Positions 28,628 through 39,253 are shown, numbered from the stretch's first letter. The stretch is DNA of 64,000 nucleotides from Candidatus Woesearchaeota archaeon (GCA_964452525.1 CAYVLZ010000004.1:32543-96542), one strand, 5' to 3'. Translations and numbers: made by a program. The notes: a model not told the origin generated them from the sequence alone.

Positions 28628-29151
28628 ACTTCTACTTGTTCAGGACCTTCTTCTATTAGTTCCTGTTCTATTGCTGAAATTTCTTTTTTAATTAACTCAA
28701 TTTCTTTTTCTTTATTAGTCTCTTTTAATAATTTATTACACTCTGGACATTTAAAGTTATAATCCATTGCTGTCTCTAAATCTAGTTTGACACAATTTTT
28801 GGAACAAGAATAAGTATTTTCACTTTCTTCTCTTTCAAGCCTTTTCCTAAGTTTAGATAACTTATTTTGTTTAAGTGAGGAAAATAATGATCTTGCATGA
28901 TTAAAGTTAAAAGTCCAGTAGTAAATATACCAACCTTTCTTTTTGTCCTTTTTCCTTATAGATCTAACTAGATTATATTTCTGAAGCCTATAAAGCATGT
29001 TCCTTATCTGATTAATGCTTAATCCTAAATCTTCAGCTAACTTAAACTCTGATACGTTCTCTTTTCCTTCTATAATAAGCCTTGCTAACTGGACACAGTC
29101 AGGTCCGGATACTTCTGACACAAGCTTATCTATCTGTTTAAGTGATAGCAT
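28624..29151 (-). CDS. tfe: Transcription factor E
   Basis: wHTH with GWYIYYW, Zn ribbon FKCPEC; GGAGGT before ATG 29151. Confidence 0.92.
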   Translation of the reverse strand: MLSLKQIDKLVSEVSGPDCVQLARLIIEGKENVSEFKLAEDLGLSINQIRNMLYRLQKYNLVRSIRKKDKKKGWYIYYWTFNFNHARSLFSSLKQNKLSKLRKRLEREESENTYSCSKNCVKLDLETAMDYNFKCPECNKLLKETNKEKEIELIKKEISAIEQELIEEGPEQVEV

Positions 29152-29277
29152 TTCAACCTCCAAATATAGTAATTTATTGGTTTTTGGGTTTATAAAGCTT
29201 TTGGTTTTTTTGTCCTTTTTATCACTCGAGAATAATAAGAAATCTTTTAATATGGTAAATTCTAAGGTATAATTAAT

Positions 29278-29778
29278 ATGAGTTTCTTAGGGATAGGCAA
29301 AAAAAAGGGGAAAAAGGGGGATTTTCAAAAACTACCTTTTGATAAGGATTTACCGCCTTTGCCGCCTGCTACTGAGATGTCAAGACTTCCGGATATTCCT
29401 TCTTATGACAGTGAACTCCCAGACCTTGATGTTATTAAGAAAGAGGTAACTAGACCTTCCATTTCTAAACCTTTAAACATTCCAAAAAGGAATAAATCTG
29501 TTAAACCTTTAACAACAGCAGCTCCTGTAATAGCAGCTCCGGAAAAAATCGAGAAAAGCCTTGAATCCGGACACGTATTTGTAGAGATTGATAGGTACAA
29601 GGATGCTGTTAACAGAATAGATTCCATAAGAGAAAAGTTGAGAAAAGCAGATCAGATATTGGATGAACTAACAAGATTGAAGCAAGAAGAAGACAGGGAA
29701 TTAAATTCTTGGAGAAGTGAAATAGACTCTATAAAAGAGAAACTTCTGGAAGTAGATAAGAAATTATTTGAAGTATAA
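29278..29778 (+). CDS. Hypothetical Pro-rich/coiled-coil protein
   Basis: 166-aa ORF with C-terminal coiled coil. Confidence 0.7.
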   Translation: MSFLGIGKKKGKKGDFQKLPFDKDLPPLPPATEMSRLPDIPSYDSELPDLDVIKKEVTRPSISKPLNIPKRNKSVKPLTTAAPVIAAPEKIEKSLESGHVFVEIDRYKDAVNRIDSIREKLRKADQILDELTRLKQEEDRELNSWRSEIDSIKEKLLEVDKKLFEV

Positions 29779-30129
29779 ATGGTTAAAAAAGAATCATCAC
29801 ATTTAAGAGTTAAACTTGAAGAACCTCGTTGGATTAGAAAAGATATTCTTGAGGGTGCTATGAATTCTGGTCAACTTTTAAAATCTTATAAGATATATAA
29901 AAGCAATAGGGAGAAAAAAATTGATAAGATGTATAATCTTAGGAAGGTCATTAAAGAATTAAAACTAGAGATGGGCAAGTTAAAGAATAAAGATCTTCCA
30001 AAGGTTGTAGAAAGGAAAAAAATTCTTAAGCCAATTCCCGAAAAGGAAGATAAAAGAACAGAAGTTGTTTCTGAGTTAGATAGAGAATTAGAAGATTTAA
30101 GAGACAAATTAAAAAATTTAGATATCTAA
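29779..30129 (+). CDS. Hypothetical coiled-coil protein
   Basis: Abuts the previous gene. Confidence 0.7.
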   Translation: MVKKESSHLRVKLEEPRWIRKDILEGAMNSGQLLKSYKIYKSNREKKIDKMYNLRKVIKELKLEMGKLKNKDLPKVVERKKILKPIPEKEDKRTEVVSELDRELEDLRDKLKNLDI

Positions 30130-31508
30130 CGTTTTCTTAACGTTTGTCCAAAGGTTGGATAATTTGCTTGTTTTTTAAGATTCTTTGGTTTTATTTTTGG
30201 TCCTTTCTTTCTGTATTTGAATATTAATATTATAGCTATGGCAACTATAGCTATACTTGGAATTAATACAAACCATATAGTACTTTGTCTTTCTTCTTCA
30301 GATATTGTATCTCCATTTTGATCTCCTGTTCCATAATCTGGGATTTCTCCTTCGCTTTCGGATTCTGCCTCTGCTTCAGCTTCTGATTCTCCTTCTCCTC
30401 CTCCACCTCCGTTACCATCATCTCCTTCTCCTTCACCCTCTCCCGTACCATATACTTCAAAGTACACTGAATCTGAATATAGTAGAACGCTCCCAAGGTC
30501 TTCGCTTTGTTTAAGCTGCATTGTTAGTGTGTATTGTCCTGGTGAACTTGGAGCCTTAACATCAAAATAAGGTATGCTTGTTGTGTATCTGTTATTCCAG
30601 TTTTCACATGAATAAGAATTGACACAACAGATAAGTTCTCCTTCTGCTGGGAAATCTCCTTCACAACTTAGAGATGAGTCTTCATGATAACCCGAAATAC
30701 ATTCTTCAGTACAAACTCCATTAGATAATTCACATTCTGTATCGTATTCATTATGTATACAACAAACAGTTGTTGGTTCCCCTTCGCTTTCTGATTCTCC
30801 TTCAGTACCAAAGTCTGGCGGAGATTGCATCATGTCTCCTGGTTGGTTTGTTGAAATACATGAAAAAGTTGTATCTTGGTGGAAACCTGGATTACAAGAA
30901 GTTGCGCATGTTCCTCCTACAAGGCTGCATTCTGAATATGAAGAAGGGCAACCACTAAAACCATGACCATTGCCCACAGGATTATTTCCGTCTACATTAT
31001 TATAATAGCCTATTCTATAATCTCCTTTTCCAGCATTATTAGAATCTGCAATGAAATCTACCAGAGAAAGGGTTTTAATTTCTGAGCAAGAAGACCAACA
31101 TTCTGTGTAAGGATGAACGCAATCTAAGTTGCCATAATCTGTTCCAAGACCTGTTCCGGGATAACAACATTGACCTCCTGATGCTATACAATCTTCTCCT
31201 TCCCCTTCCTCTTGTGGAGGCGGAGGAGAGTATTCTACTTCATCATCATCTTCAGGTATTACTTCTGATTCATATTGTTCTATTAAAAGATGTACTACGC
31301 TTGTCCTTGGTATTAAATCAGCATCATCAAATTTCAAAGATACGCTTCCGAATATTAGTTCTTCGGGTTCATAAACACTTTTATCTAATGTTACTATTTC
31401 CGAAATAACTTCACCCGTAAGTGTTGGTTTATTTGCAAGGAATAAGCTGATTAGAATGACGAGAAATGCTACTAAGACTATCAACCCCTTTTCTGTCTTT
31501 GAAAGCAT
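30126..31508 (-). CDS. Cell-surface protein with Cys-rich modules and acidic GE repeats
   Basis: N- and C-terminal TM segments, three CxxxxGxC modules, GEGEGE linkers. Confidence 0.8.
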   Translation of the reverse strand: MLSKTEKGLIVLVAFLVILISLFLANKPTLTGEVISEIVTLDKSVYEPEELIFGSVSLKFDDADLIPRTSVVHLLIEQYESEVIPEDDDEVEYSPPPPQEEGEGEDCIASGGQCCYPGTGLGTDYGNLDCVHPYTECWSSCSEIKTLSLVDFIADSNNAGKGDYRIGYYNNVDGNNPVGNGHGFSGCPSSYSECSLVGGTCATSCNPGFHQDTTFSCISTNQPGDMMQSPPDFGTEGESESEGEPTTVCCIHNEYDTECELSNGVCTEECISGYHEDSSLSCEGDFPAEGELICCVNSYSCENWNNRYTTSIPYFDVKAPSSPGQYTLTMQLKQSEDLGSVLLYSDSVYFEVYGTGEGEGEGDDGNGGGGGEGESEAEAEAESESEGEIPDYGTGDQNGDTISEEERQSTIWFVLIPSIAIVAIAIILIFKYRKKGPKIKPKNLKKQANYPTFGQTLRKR

Positions 31509-31542
31509 AAGTTTTATTTTGATTTATGATTCAAATATCTTT

Positions 31543-31998
31543 CTATAAATTTAATTCCTTATAGAATCCTTCTAGTTCTTCTTTGTAGCTATCATTTTTT
31601 ACGTTTTTATCGATTATTCTCATTGTTGCTATTGGTTTCTTACTTAATTCTTGCATGTCTGAGAAAACATTCTTTTCACTACCACCGTAAGTTATGAAGA
31701 AAGCTACTTCTTTGAATTTGTTTATTGTCAAATAGGTTCTTACTGCTGGAGACATTGTGAATGCCCAGATCGGAGTTCCTATTATAACTAACTCATATTT
31801 AGAAGGATCTTTTTGATAAGCTATATCAGTTAGCTTTTTACGCATAGCATCTTTTCCTGCGAGAATCCATCTTATAGGACCATGTCTTTTTTTAGCATCT
31901 ATTATTTCATCTGTATCTGATTCTATTTTCTTTGCTATTTCTTCTCCTATCTTTCTGGTGTTTTCTGTTCTTGAATAAAATGTAACAAGGGTTTTCAT
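31543..31998 (-). CDS. Flavodoxin-like protein
   Basis: FYSRTENT, IIGTPIWA. Confidence 0.85.
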   Translation of the reverse strand: MKTLVTFYSRTENTRKIGEEIAKKIESDTDEIIDAKKRHGPIRWILAGKDAMRKKLTDIAYQKDPSKYELVIIGTPIWAFTMSPAVRTYLTINKFKEVAFFITYGGSEKNVFSDMQELSKKPIATMRIIDKNVKNDSYKEELEGFYKELNL

Positions 31999-32075
31999 AA
32001 ATATTTCTTAGCTGGTGATTTTATAAATATATTGTATTAGAAAGGTTTATAACTTTTCTTGATATCTCTATCTTT

Positions 32076-32813
32076 ATGCGGAATACAAGGAAGATAAACT
32101 TGGGTAGAAGTAGATATCTGGTAATTGATCTTACAGAACCTTTGAAAGAGGATACAAAAGTTTATCCGGGAGATCCTAAACCCGAAAAGAAGATTTTTAG
32201 CGACATCCATAAGACAGGTTATCAACATCACATTTATAAGATTGGAGATCATCAATTTCATCCACATGGAGATGCACCAAAACACCAGAATATAGATTTA
32301 CAAAATAGGGGGTTTGAGTTTTTTGGTCTAGATTATTGTTTTAACCATGCATGTTTAGTGGATCTTTCGACTTGTGATGATGCAAAAAGGTTTGGTGGTA
32401 TTGAGTATGTTATCGAAGTAAAAGAAAAGCATCTTGAACCTTTTAAGGAATTAGTTTCTAATCGGGGGGCGGTTATAATACGCACTGGATATGATAGGTG
32501 GTTAGAAGAAAATAAAGATCATATTCCTAGGAATATTCCCTATTTAAATAAAACTGCAGCAAAATTCCTTTCAGACTTTGATAACCTTAAGGTAATAGGA
32601 ATAGACTCTTTAACAATAGACCCTTGTGGAAAAAGTAAACCAGTACATTTTTCGCATCAAACATTAAGAGATAAATTAATTGTAGAGTCCATGGTTAATC
32701 TTCACCAGATTCCAATAAATGATAGGGATGGTTTTGATCTGCAGACCAGCCCTGTAAGGATAGTCGGTGCAACGGGCGGGCCTATTGTAGCTTATGCATT
32801 TATTGAATTGTAA
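32076..32813 (+). CDS. Cyclase/kynurenine formamidase family protein
   Basis: VYPGDP, HxHPHGDAPKH, IGIDSLTID. Confidence 0.82.
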   Translation: MRNTRKINLGRSRYLVIDLTEPLKEDTKVYPGDPKPEKKIFSDIHKTGYQHHIYKIGDHQFHPHGDAPKHQNIDLQNRGFEFFGLDYCFNHACLVDLSTCDDAKRFGGIEYVIEVKEKHLEPFKELVSNRGAVIIRTGYDRWLEENKDHIPRNIPYLNKTAAKFLSDFDNLKVIGIDSLTIDPCGKSKPVHFSHQTLRDKLIVESMVNLHQIPINDRDGFDLQTSPVRIVGATGGPIVAYAFIEL

Positions 32814-33715
32814 TACTTTCTTATTAGGTAACCGAAAGAGATCAATGTTACGGTGGATGGGATTTGATACAATGTTACTAATAGTAAGGTTTCTGAACTG
32901 AAGAATTCTGCTGCAATAACTATTGCTAGAGTTGAATTCATATACGCTATTGATAGGGAAGAAGTAATCTTGGATTCTTTGTTTCCTTTATGTGCAGCAA
33001 GATATCCAACAAGAAATAACAAAGTAGATAGAACGAATAAAAGGAAGAAAGGGAATATTATTGATAATCCCTTGTTACTTATGATCTGTGTAACTTCTAC
33101 TTTTGCTATAGCTCCAATTATTATAAAAGTAATGGCTATTATCGATATAGATGAATAATATTTTTTGGTATTGTAAATAAATTTCTTTAAAAATTTTCTA
33201 AATATCGTAGACGATAAAAATGGGATAAAGATAACTGTGCTTAAAGTGATGAAGAGCTTGAAGAAATTTATATCTGTTTCAATCCCGGATAATAAATATA
33301 TCAATATTGGTATGGTCAATGGGCATAACAACGATGTTAATGTTGTAATTATAAGCGCTAATTCCTTGTCTCCCTTAAAAATTGTTGCATAGACTGGTAC
33401 GGCCATGCCTGCCGGCATTACGAGTAAGATGAGTATAGCAAGGCCATATTCCTGTTCAACAAGAGGTTTAAAGATATAATAAAGCAATAGCGGAGATATT
33501 ACTAATATCAATGATATCAAATAAAGAACTAGTTTTAGATTTTTTATTCTTTCAAAGATTTTCTTTAGGTCTATTTTTAGTGAAGTAAGAAAAAGAACAA
33601 ACATTAAGATGTAAAGGATATAGGGAGTTAATAGTGATGAATATGGGAAAAATGTTCCTATCAAGATTCCCAGCATAAAAAATATCCAAAAGTGTTTTGT
33701 AATAAATTCGAACAT
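32792..33715 (-). CDS. Bile acid:sodium symporter family transporter
   Basis: About 10 TM segments; MPAG, FKGDKELAL, MNSTLA. Confidence 0.82.
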   Translation of the reverse strand: MFEFITKHFWIFFMLGILIGTFFPYSSLLTPYILYILMFVLFLTSLKIDLKKIFERIKNLKLVLYLISLILVISPLLLYYIFKPLVEQEYGLAILILLVMPAGMAVPVYATIFKGDKELALIITTLTSLLCPLTIPILIYLLSGIETDINFFKLFITLSTVIFIPFLSSTIFRKFLKKFIYNTKKYYSSISIIAITFIIIGAIAKVEVTQIISNKGLSIIFPFFLLFVLSTLLFLVGYLAAHKGNKESKITSSLSIAYMNSTLAIVIAAEFFSSETLLLVTLYQIPSTVTLISFGYLIRKYYNSINA

Positions 33716-33798
33716 ATTGTTTTTTATTGGAACCGATTTATAAAATTGTCCTTTTTTAATTTAGAAAGGTTTATAAGAATTAATTATAGATTAGGGCT

Positions 33799-36306
33799 AT
33801 GAATGATAAAGAAATAAAGAAAAAGTTTAAGATTAAAGCTCAAAAAGAATATAAGAAATATTATCCTGTTAATGCCTTGAACAAATTAGGGTTTGAAAGA
33901 AATAAATGTAGAAAATGTGGAACTTATTTCTGGAGCACTGGAAAAAGAAATATTTGTGATAATGCTCCTTGCTCTGGTGGTTTTAGGTTCATTAATGATA
34001 GCCCGGCTAAAAAAAAGATGGGCTATATTGAAACATGGAAATCTTTTTCTAGACTATTTAAGAAACTTGGATATAAAGAAATTAAGAGATATCCGGTAGT
34101 TAGTAGATGGAATCCAAATACTGATTTTACTATTGCTTCCATAGCAGCATTTCAGCCTTTTGTTGTAAGCGGAGAAGTTGAACCTCCTGCTAACCCATTA
34201 ATAATTCCACAATTATGTTTTAGAACTGTCGATATAGATAATGTTGGCATCTCTGGGGGGGCACATTACACTTTATTCTGTATGGTTGGGCAGCATACTT
34301 TTATGCCTCCAAAAAAATATGATATGAATAAATATCTAGAAGATATTCATACTTGGCTTAGTAAGGGCCTTGGTCTAAAGAATAGAGAGATTACTTATCA
34401 TGAAGATGCTTGGGCCGGTGGTGGAAACTTTGGGAGTAGTATGGAATTCTTCTCTAGAGGGTTGGAACTTGGAAATCAGGTGTATATGCAGTTTGAAAAG
34501 GTAAATGCAAAAGAGAGAGAATTACCAATAAAAGTTTTGGATATGGGTATGGGTCTTGAAAGAAATGCTTGGTTCAGTCAAGGTTCTTCAACTAGTTATG
34601 AAAGTACATTTCCAAATGTTGTTAAGAAGTTAAAAGAGATAAGTGGGATTAAAGTTGATAATAATTTGATGAAGAGGTTTTTACCATATTCTTCTTATTT
34701 GAATATTGATGAAGTAGATAATATAGATAAGACTTGGAAATTTGTAGCTGGAAAAGTAAGTATGGATGTTAAAGAGTTAAAAGAAAATGTTTTACCTTTA
34801 GCTGCTCTATATTCTATAGCAGAACATAGTAGAGCTTTATTAGTTACAATAAATGATGGTGCTTTACCTTCCAATGTTGGAGGATTTTATAATTTAAGGG
34901 CTTTGTTAAGAAGAACTTTAAGTTTCATTGATCAATATGAATGGAATGTTGATTTAGCTGAAATATGTAAATTACATGCTGCTTATTTGAAGCCATTGTT
35001 TCCGGAATTGAATAAAAACTTAGATGAGGTAGTTAAGATTTTGAACGTGGAGAAAAGCAAGTATAATAGTACTAAGCAAAAGACAAGACATATCTTGAAA
35101 GGTTTGTTGAAAAAAGAAATAACTGGAAATAAGTTATTAGAGTTATATGATAGTCAAGGAATTTCTCCAGAAATTGTTAGAGAACAAGCTGAGAAGTTTG
35201 GTAAGGAAGTAAAGGTTCCTGAAAATTTTTATGTAAGAGTTTCTAATTTACATGAGAAAAAAGAAAAAAAGAAATGGGAAGAAAGACGGGAGTTGAATTT
35301 AAGAGGTGTAAAAGAGACTGAAGCTTTGTATTTTGGTAATTATAAGAAAAGTGAAGTTGTTGCTAGTGTTTTGAAGGTTATTGGAAAGAATGTTGTTTTA
35401 GATAAAACAATTGCTTACCCTACAAGCGGAGGACAGATACATGATATTGGAAGTATTAAAGGAAATAAGATTTTGGAGGTGTTTAAGCAGGGTAATGTTA
35501 TAATTCATTTGTTAAAAGATAAGCCGAAGTTTAAGGTTGGAGATAAAGTTAAGATTAAGATAGATTTAGAAAGAAGGAAGCAATTGGCTCAGAATCATAC
35601 CGCTACACATATTGTAAATGCAGCTGCTAGAAAAGTTCTTGGAAATCATATTAATCAAGCAGGAGCTAAGAAGAATGTTGAAAAGGCGCATATTGATTTA
35701 ACACATTATCAGAGTTTGAGTAATGATGAATTAAGTAAGATAGAGAAAGAAGCAAATAAGATTGTTTCTAGGAAGATAGCAATTAAGAAATCTTTTATGC
35801 CAAGAAATAAAGCAGAGAAGAGATACGGATTTTCTATTTATCAGGGCGGAGTTCCTATTGGGAAGGATTTAAGGATAGTTGATATTAAGAATTTAGATGT
35901 AGAGTGTTGTGGTGGAACTCATTTAGATAATACAAAAGAAGTTGGAAAGATTAAAATTTTGAAAAGCAGTAAGATTTCTGATTCTGTTATTAGGATAGAA
36001 TTTGTTGCTGGAAGGGCTGCTTTAAAAGAAATTAGTAAGGAAAGTGTTTTGTTGAAAGATGTTGCTTCTTTGTTGAAAGTTAGTAAGAATCAAGTGCCTG
36101 GTAGAGCTGAAGAAATATTTTTATTATGGAAGAAAGTTGTTAAGAAGAAGAAAGATATGGTAATTGAGTTTAAGTCTACTAAGAAAGAGAAAGGTTCTGA
36201 TATGGAGTTGTTAGAGAAAACAGCTACAGTTTTGAAAACACAGCCAGAGTTTGTTATAAATACTTTAAGAAGGTTTTTGAAAGAATTAAAAGAAAAGAAA
36301 AATTAA
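33799..36306 (+). CDS. alaS: Alanyl-tRNA synthetase (archaeal type)
   Basis: YPVVSRW, ASIAAFQP, GLELGNQV, HTATH, CGGTH. Confidence 0.97.
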   Translation: MNDKEIKKKFKIKAQKEYKKYYPVNALNKLGFERNKCRKCGTYFWSTGKRNICDNAPCSGGFRFINDSPAKKKMGYIETWKSFSRLFKKLGYKEIKRYPVVSRWNPNTDFTIASIAAFQPFVVSGEVEPPANPLIIPQLCFRTVDIDNVGISGGAHYTLFCMVGQHTFMPPKKYDMNKYLEDIHTWLSKGLGLKNREITYHEDAWAGGGNFGSSMEFFSRGLELGNQVYMQFEKVNAKERELPIKVLDMGMGLERNAWFSQGSSTSYESTFPNVVKKLKEISGIKVDNNLMKRFLPYSSYLNIDEVDNIDKTWKFVAGKVSMDVKELKENVLPLAALYSIAEHSRALLVTINDGALPSNVGGFYNLRALLRRTLSFIDQYEWNVDLAEICKLHAAYLKPLFPELNKNLDEVVKILNVEKSKYNSTKQKTRHILKGLLKKEITGNKLLELYDSQGISPEIVREQAEKFGKEVKVPENFYVRVSNLHEKKEKKKWEERRELNLRGVKETEALYFGNYKKSEVVASVLKVIGKNVVLDKTIAYPTSGGQIHDIGSIKGNKILEVFKQGNVIIHLLKDKPKFKVGDKVKIKIDLERRKQLAQNHTATHIVNAAARKVLGNHINQAGAKKNVEKAHIDLTHYQSLSNDELSKIEKEANKIVSRKIAIKKSFMPRNKAEKRYGFSIYQGGVPIGKDLRIVDIKNLDVECCGGTHLDNTKEVGKIKILKSSKISDSVIRIEFVAGRAALKEISKESVLLKDVASLLKVSKNQVPGRAEEIFLLWKKVVKKKKDMVIEFKSTKKEKGSDMELLEKTATVLKTQPEFVINTLRRFLKELKEKKN

Positions 36307-36309
36307 CGT

Positions 36310-37110
36310 TTATTTTCTTTTAGCTAAGAAAAGATTTAGAAATAAAAGGAATACTGCCAATGCTACTAAGGCTATAGTTGCATGTAATTGGTAAAGTAAA
36401 ACTTTGTATTCTGAATAAGAGCCTTTTACATGGAAACTTTCCCAGGGGTCTAAGCCGTAGGCTGTTTCTGTGTATTCTCCTCTGTTTCCTATGTATACGG
36501 AATGTTCTGCTATATCTTCTGAAGCTGCACTCATGGCCTTACCAAGTGCCGCAAAGTTCTCTCTGTAATCAATATCTGTTTTTCCTTCTTTTAGATGTAA
36601 ACCGCTGTTAACATTTATTGCTACTCTGACTTCATTAACATCGTATTCAGTCATGATAGTTTTGAAGTCAAATTTGTAAAGACCTAGAGATTCGTCTACA
36701 TAGCCGTTTGCTTTATAATAAAGTATTAATGTAGTTTGTTCAAGTGGCTCGAGTTTTTGGCTTAAAGTAAATGTGTAAAGTGTAGAGTCTGCTAATTGTT
36801 GAGCTGTGTAATCTGGTTTTTTGTATTCTAATCTTGGGTAGTAGTATTCTACACAGAAATGTTCACACTCTTGAAAGTATTCTTCTACAGCATAAATCAT
36901 TCTAACAGATTCTCCTGGAATTTGCAAGAGTATTTTGTCTATAGCATTGTCTTCTAGATTTTGAATAGTTATTTTAGCAACTACTGTAGCTTCCCCTTCA
37001 CCGTCAAACATTACTGAGTAAGATTGTTCTTGACCCATTATTATTTCTGGACTAGCGTTTACTGGTAAAACTAACAAAATAAAACTTAAAGCGAGTATTA
37101 ATTTTTTCAT
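36310..37110 (-). CDS. Secreted, membrane-anchored hypothetical protein
   Basis: Signal peptide and C-terminal TM with basic tail. Confidence 0.75.
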   Translation of the reverse strand: MKKLILALSFILLVLPVNASPEIIMGQEQSYSVMFDGEGEATVVAKITIQNLEDNAIDKILLQIPGESVRMIYAVEEYFQECEHFCVEYYYPRLEYKKPDYTAQQLADSTLYTFTLSQKLEPLEQTTLILYYKANGYVDESLGLYKFDFKTIMTEYDVNEVRVAINVNSGLHLKEGKTDIDYRENFAALGKAMSAASEDIAEHSVYIGNRGEYTETAYGLDPWESFHVKGSYSEYKVLLYQLHATIALVALAVFLLFLNLFLAKRK

Positions 37111-37174
37111 TTTTTATTCCTCCTTAAGGTGATGTAGTAATTAGGATTAGAATCTATATAAACATTTTTTAGGT

Positions 37175-37190
37175 TTCAAGTTAATTTGGA
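37175..37190. promoter_or_regulatory. Putative operator TTCAAGTTAATTTGGA
   Basis: Imperfect palindrome 12 bp upstream of a minus-strand TATA box; twin site at 37808. Confidence 0.6.
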
Positions 37191-37217
37191 CTTATAGATA
37201 GGTTTTTAAAAGAAATT

Positions 37218-37766
37218 TTATTTTTTGACTATTCTCCAGATGAAAAGGAGTAGTGAAGCGAATAGAGCTCCTATTAAAAACCATAGAGCGTAGTTAGGAA
37301 TTGTTGTTATTATTTCTGGTGCTTCTTGAGTATCTGCAACTTTTTCCACTAAACCAGTTGCAAAAGCATTGGATCTTGTGTAGAAGAAATGCCCTATGCC
37401 TACAAAGGCTGCACTTATTAAAGCTACAGGTAAGATGTTTTTTAATTCTTTTTTAATATTAGTTTTTGACGGAGAGATTACGATTAGTTTTTTTGCTATT
37501 TTGTAAAGGTACATTTCTCTGCCTTTTGGACTCCACATAAATTCTTTAGCTTCTATCAATCCGCTTTTTATTAATTGTTTAATGTTATAATCTACTGTTG
37601 AAATAGGAACTTTTAGAGCTTTAGATAATTGAGATGCGGAAGCTTCTTGGTTCTTTCCAAGATAGTCTAAAATTTTTCTTGAAGTTTCATTAGAAATGGC
37701 ATGAGCTAGTTGTTTAGATTTTTCTTCTTCTAGTGAAACCATCAAGTAAGTTTCTTCTTTTGCCAT
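37218..37766 (-). CDS. Membrane-tethered ArsR-like wHTH regulator
   Basis: ISNETSRKILDYL..ISTVDYNIKQL plus two C-terminal TM helices. Confidence 0.85.
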   Translation of the reverse strand: MAKEETYLMVSLEEEKSKQLAHAISNETSRKILDYLGKNQEASASQLSKALKVPISTVDYNIKQLIKSGLIEAKEFMWSPKGREMYLYKIAKKLIVISPSKTNIKKELKNILPVALISAAFVGIGHFFYTRSNAFATGLVEKVADTQEAPEIITTIPNYALWFLIGALFASLLLFIWRIVKK

Positions 37767-37807
37767 GTATTAGTTGTAGAATTAGTGTTTATAAAGGTTT
37801 TTTAAGG

Positions 37808-37823
37808 TTCAAATTAGTTTGAA
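37808..37823. promoter_or_regulatory. Putative operator TTCAAATTAGTTTGAA
   Basis: 6-4-6 palindrome 12 bp upstream of TTTATAAA. Confidence 0.6.
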
Positions 37824-37824
37824 G

Positions 37825-37890
37825 TTATCCAAGGTAGATAGCTGGTTTTCCTGGTTTGGCTTTTTTAGTTTTATCTTGTAAATCTGGGTT
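37825..37890 (-). pseudogene. Displaced remnant of the leuS 3' end
   Basis: Translates NPDLQDKTKKAKPGKPAIYLG*, versus the current LeuRS end YDPSNKAKKARKNKPALYLE*. Confidence 0.8.
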
Positions 37891-37951
37891 TTAGTGTTTC
37901 GTGTTTCAAACGCCCGCGTAAGATATATAAATGATGTTTCCTTTATAATGA

Positions 37952-39253
37952 ATGATACATTTTTGGGACTTACCAAATAAAAATTGGGTGATTCTAGATG
38001 AAGATTTTAAAAAGAATTTAATGCTTAAATTTCTTAATAAATCTAAGAACGTAGATAAATCCTTGGGGATATTGGAAGTTTCTAAAAGTACATTTCTTAG
38101 GATGATTGGTGTAAATAATTACAAGATTAGAACCGATGTTTTAACTAAAGTAGTTAAATATCTGAACTGTAGAGAGTTTAGTTTGGAAAAAATAGAGGAA
38201 AATATAATCTGGATAGGTCATAAAAACAGCCAAGGAATTCTGAATCCCAAACTGCCTTTTAATTTTAATACTAAGCCTGCAATCAGAGTTCTGGCGGCTA
38301 TCTTTAATGAAGGTTGGGTAAGTAAAGGTATGTATTATTCTAATAGTGACGACTCTCTAAGAAATTCTGTTAAATTAGATGCTTTGGAAGCCTTCGGTGG
38401 AAACCAGGATTCTATTAAAGAATATCTTAAAAAGAATGATAAAGTTCTGGCTTTTCCTTCTATTATGAGGGACTTGATTTTAGCTTATGTGGATCTCGGT
38501 GGTTTTAAAGTAGATAATGATCCTATGCTTCCTAAAGATATTTTGTTTAACAGTGATTTAATGTGTGCTTGGATAGAACAAACTATAGCAGATGAAGGAG
38601 ATGTTAAATTTACACCACATATGCCAAAATCAGAGAAGTATAGGAAATCTATAAATTGGAAAAGATCAGTCGATTTGTCAAAAGATGAATTTATCAAAAA
38701 TAAAGTTAAAAAGAAAACTTCTTTTAGAAAATTGTCTAAAGATATCCAATTATATTTAATAAAGAAAACAAATAATGTTGTAGACATGGAATTTAGGATA
38801 TTGAATAAGCTCAGAATTGCCTTCTCTTCTTATTGTTCGGGGATATATTTCACGGATAGAGGGAAGATTAGAACAAGAAAAATATTCAACATAACTAGAA
38901 GAGACAATTTACTTAGATTAAGAAAACTGATTAAAATCCCTCATGTTGGAAAGGAGTCAAGATTTAGAGAGATGTTTAAAGATTACAAGAGGTATAAGGA
39001 ATCATCGATTGTGAAGGATTCTGTGATAAGGATATGTAAGAGAAAAGGTAAGATTACTTCTAGAGATTTAAAATATGATAGGGGTTATAAGAACGTTTCC
39101 TGTGCTATACGGTGGCTGAGAAGATTTGAAAGAGAAGGTTTGGTTAAATGTATAAAAAACCATAGTTACGGAGACTCTTTAGGAAGAAAACCTGGAGAAT
39201 TTATTCTAAATAAAGGGCTGGCTTATTCTTACGGGCCTTCTTCGCCTTGTTAG
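37952..39253 (+). CDS. Free-standing LAGLIDADG-like endonuclease with HTH domains
   Basis: VLAAIFNEG and WIEQTIADEG motifs; very basic; overlaps the leuS 3' end antisense. Confidence 0.75.
   Translation: MIHFWDLPNKNWVILDEDFKKNLMLKFLNKSKNVDKSLGILEVSKSTFLRMIGVNNYKIRTDVLTKVVKYLNCREFSLEKIEENIIWIGHKNSQGILNPKLPFNFNTKPAIRVLAAIFNEGWVSKGMYYSNSDDSLRNSVKLDALEAFGGNQDSIKEYLKKNDKVLAFPSIMRDLILAYVDLGGFKVDNDPMLPKDILFNSDLMCAWIEQTIADEGDVKFTPHMPKSEKYRKSINWKRSVDLSKDEFIKNKVKKKTSFRKLSKDIQLYLIKKTNNVVDMEFRILNKLRIAFSSYCSGIYFTDRGKIRTRKIFNITRRDNLLRLRKLIKIPHVGKESRFREMFKDYKRYKESSIVKDSVIRICKRKGKITSRDLKYDRGYKNVSCAIRWLRRFEREGLVKCIKNHSYGDSLGRKPGEFILNKGLAYSYGPSSPC

Noticed and set aside
37891-39200. Self-splicing or BHB intron in leuS
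   Set aside because: The endonuclease is antisense, leuS has a complete terminus before the insert, and no splice structure was seen.
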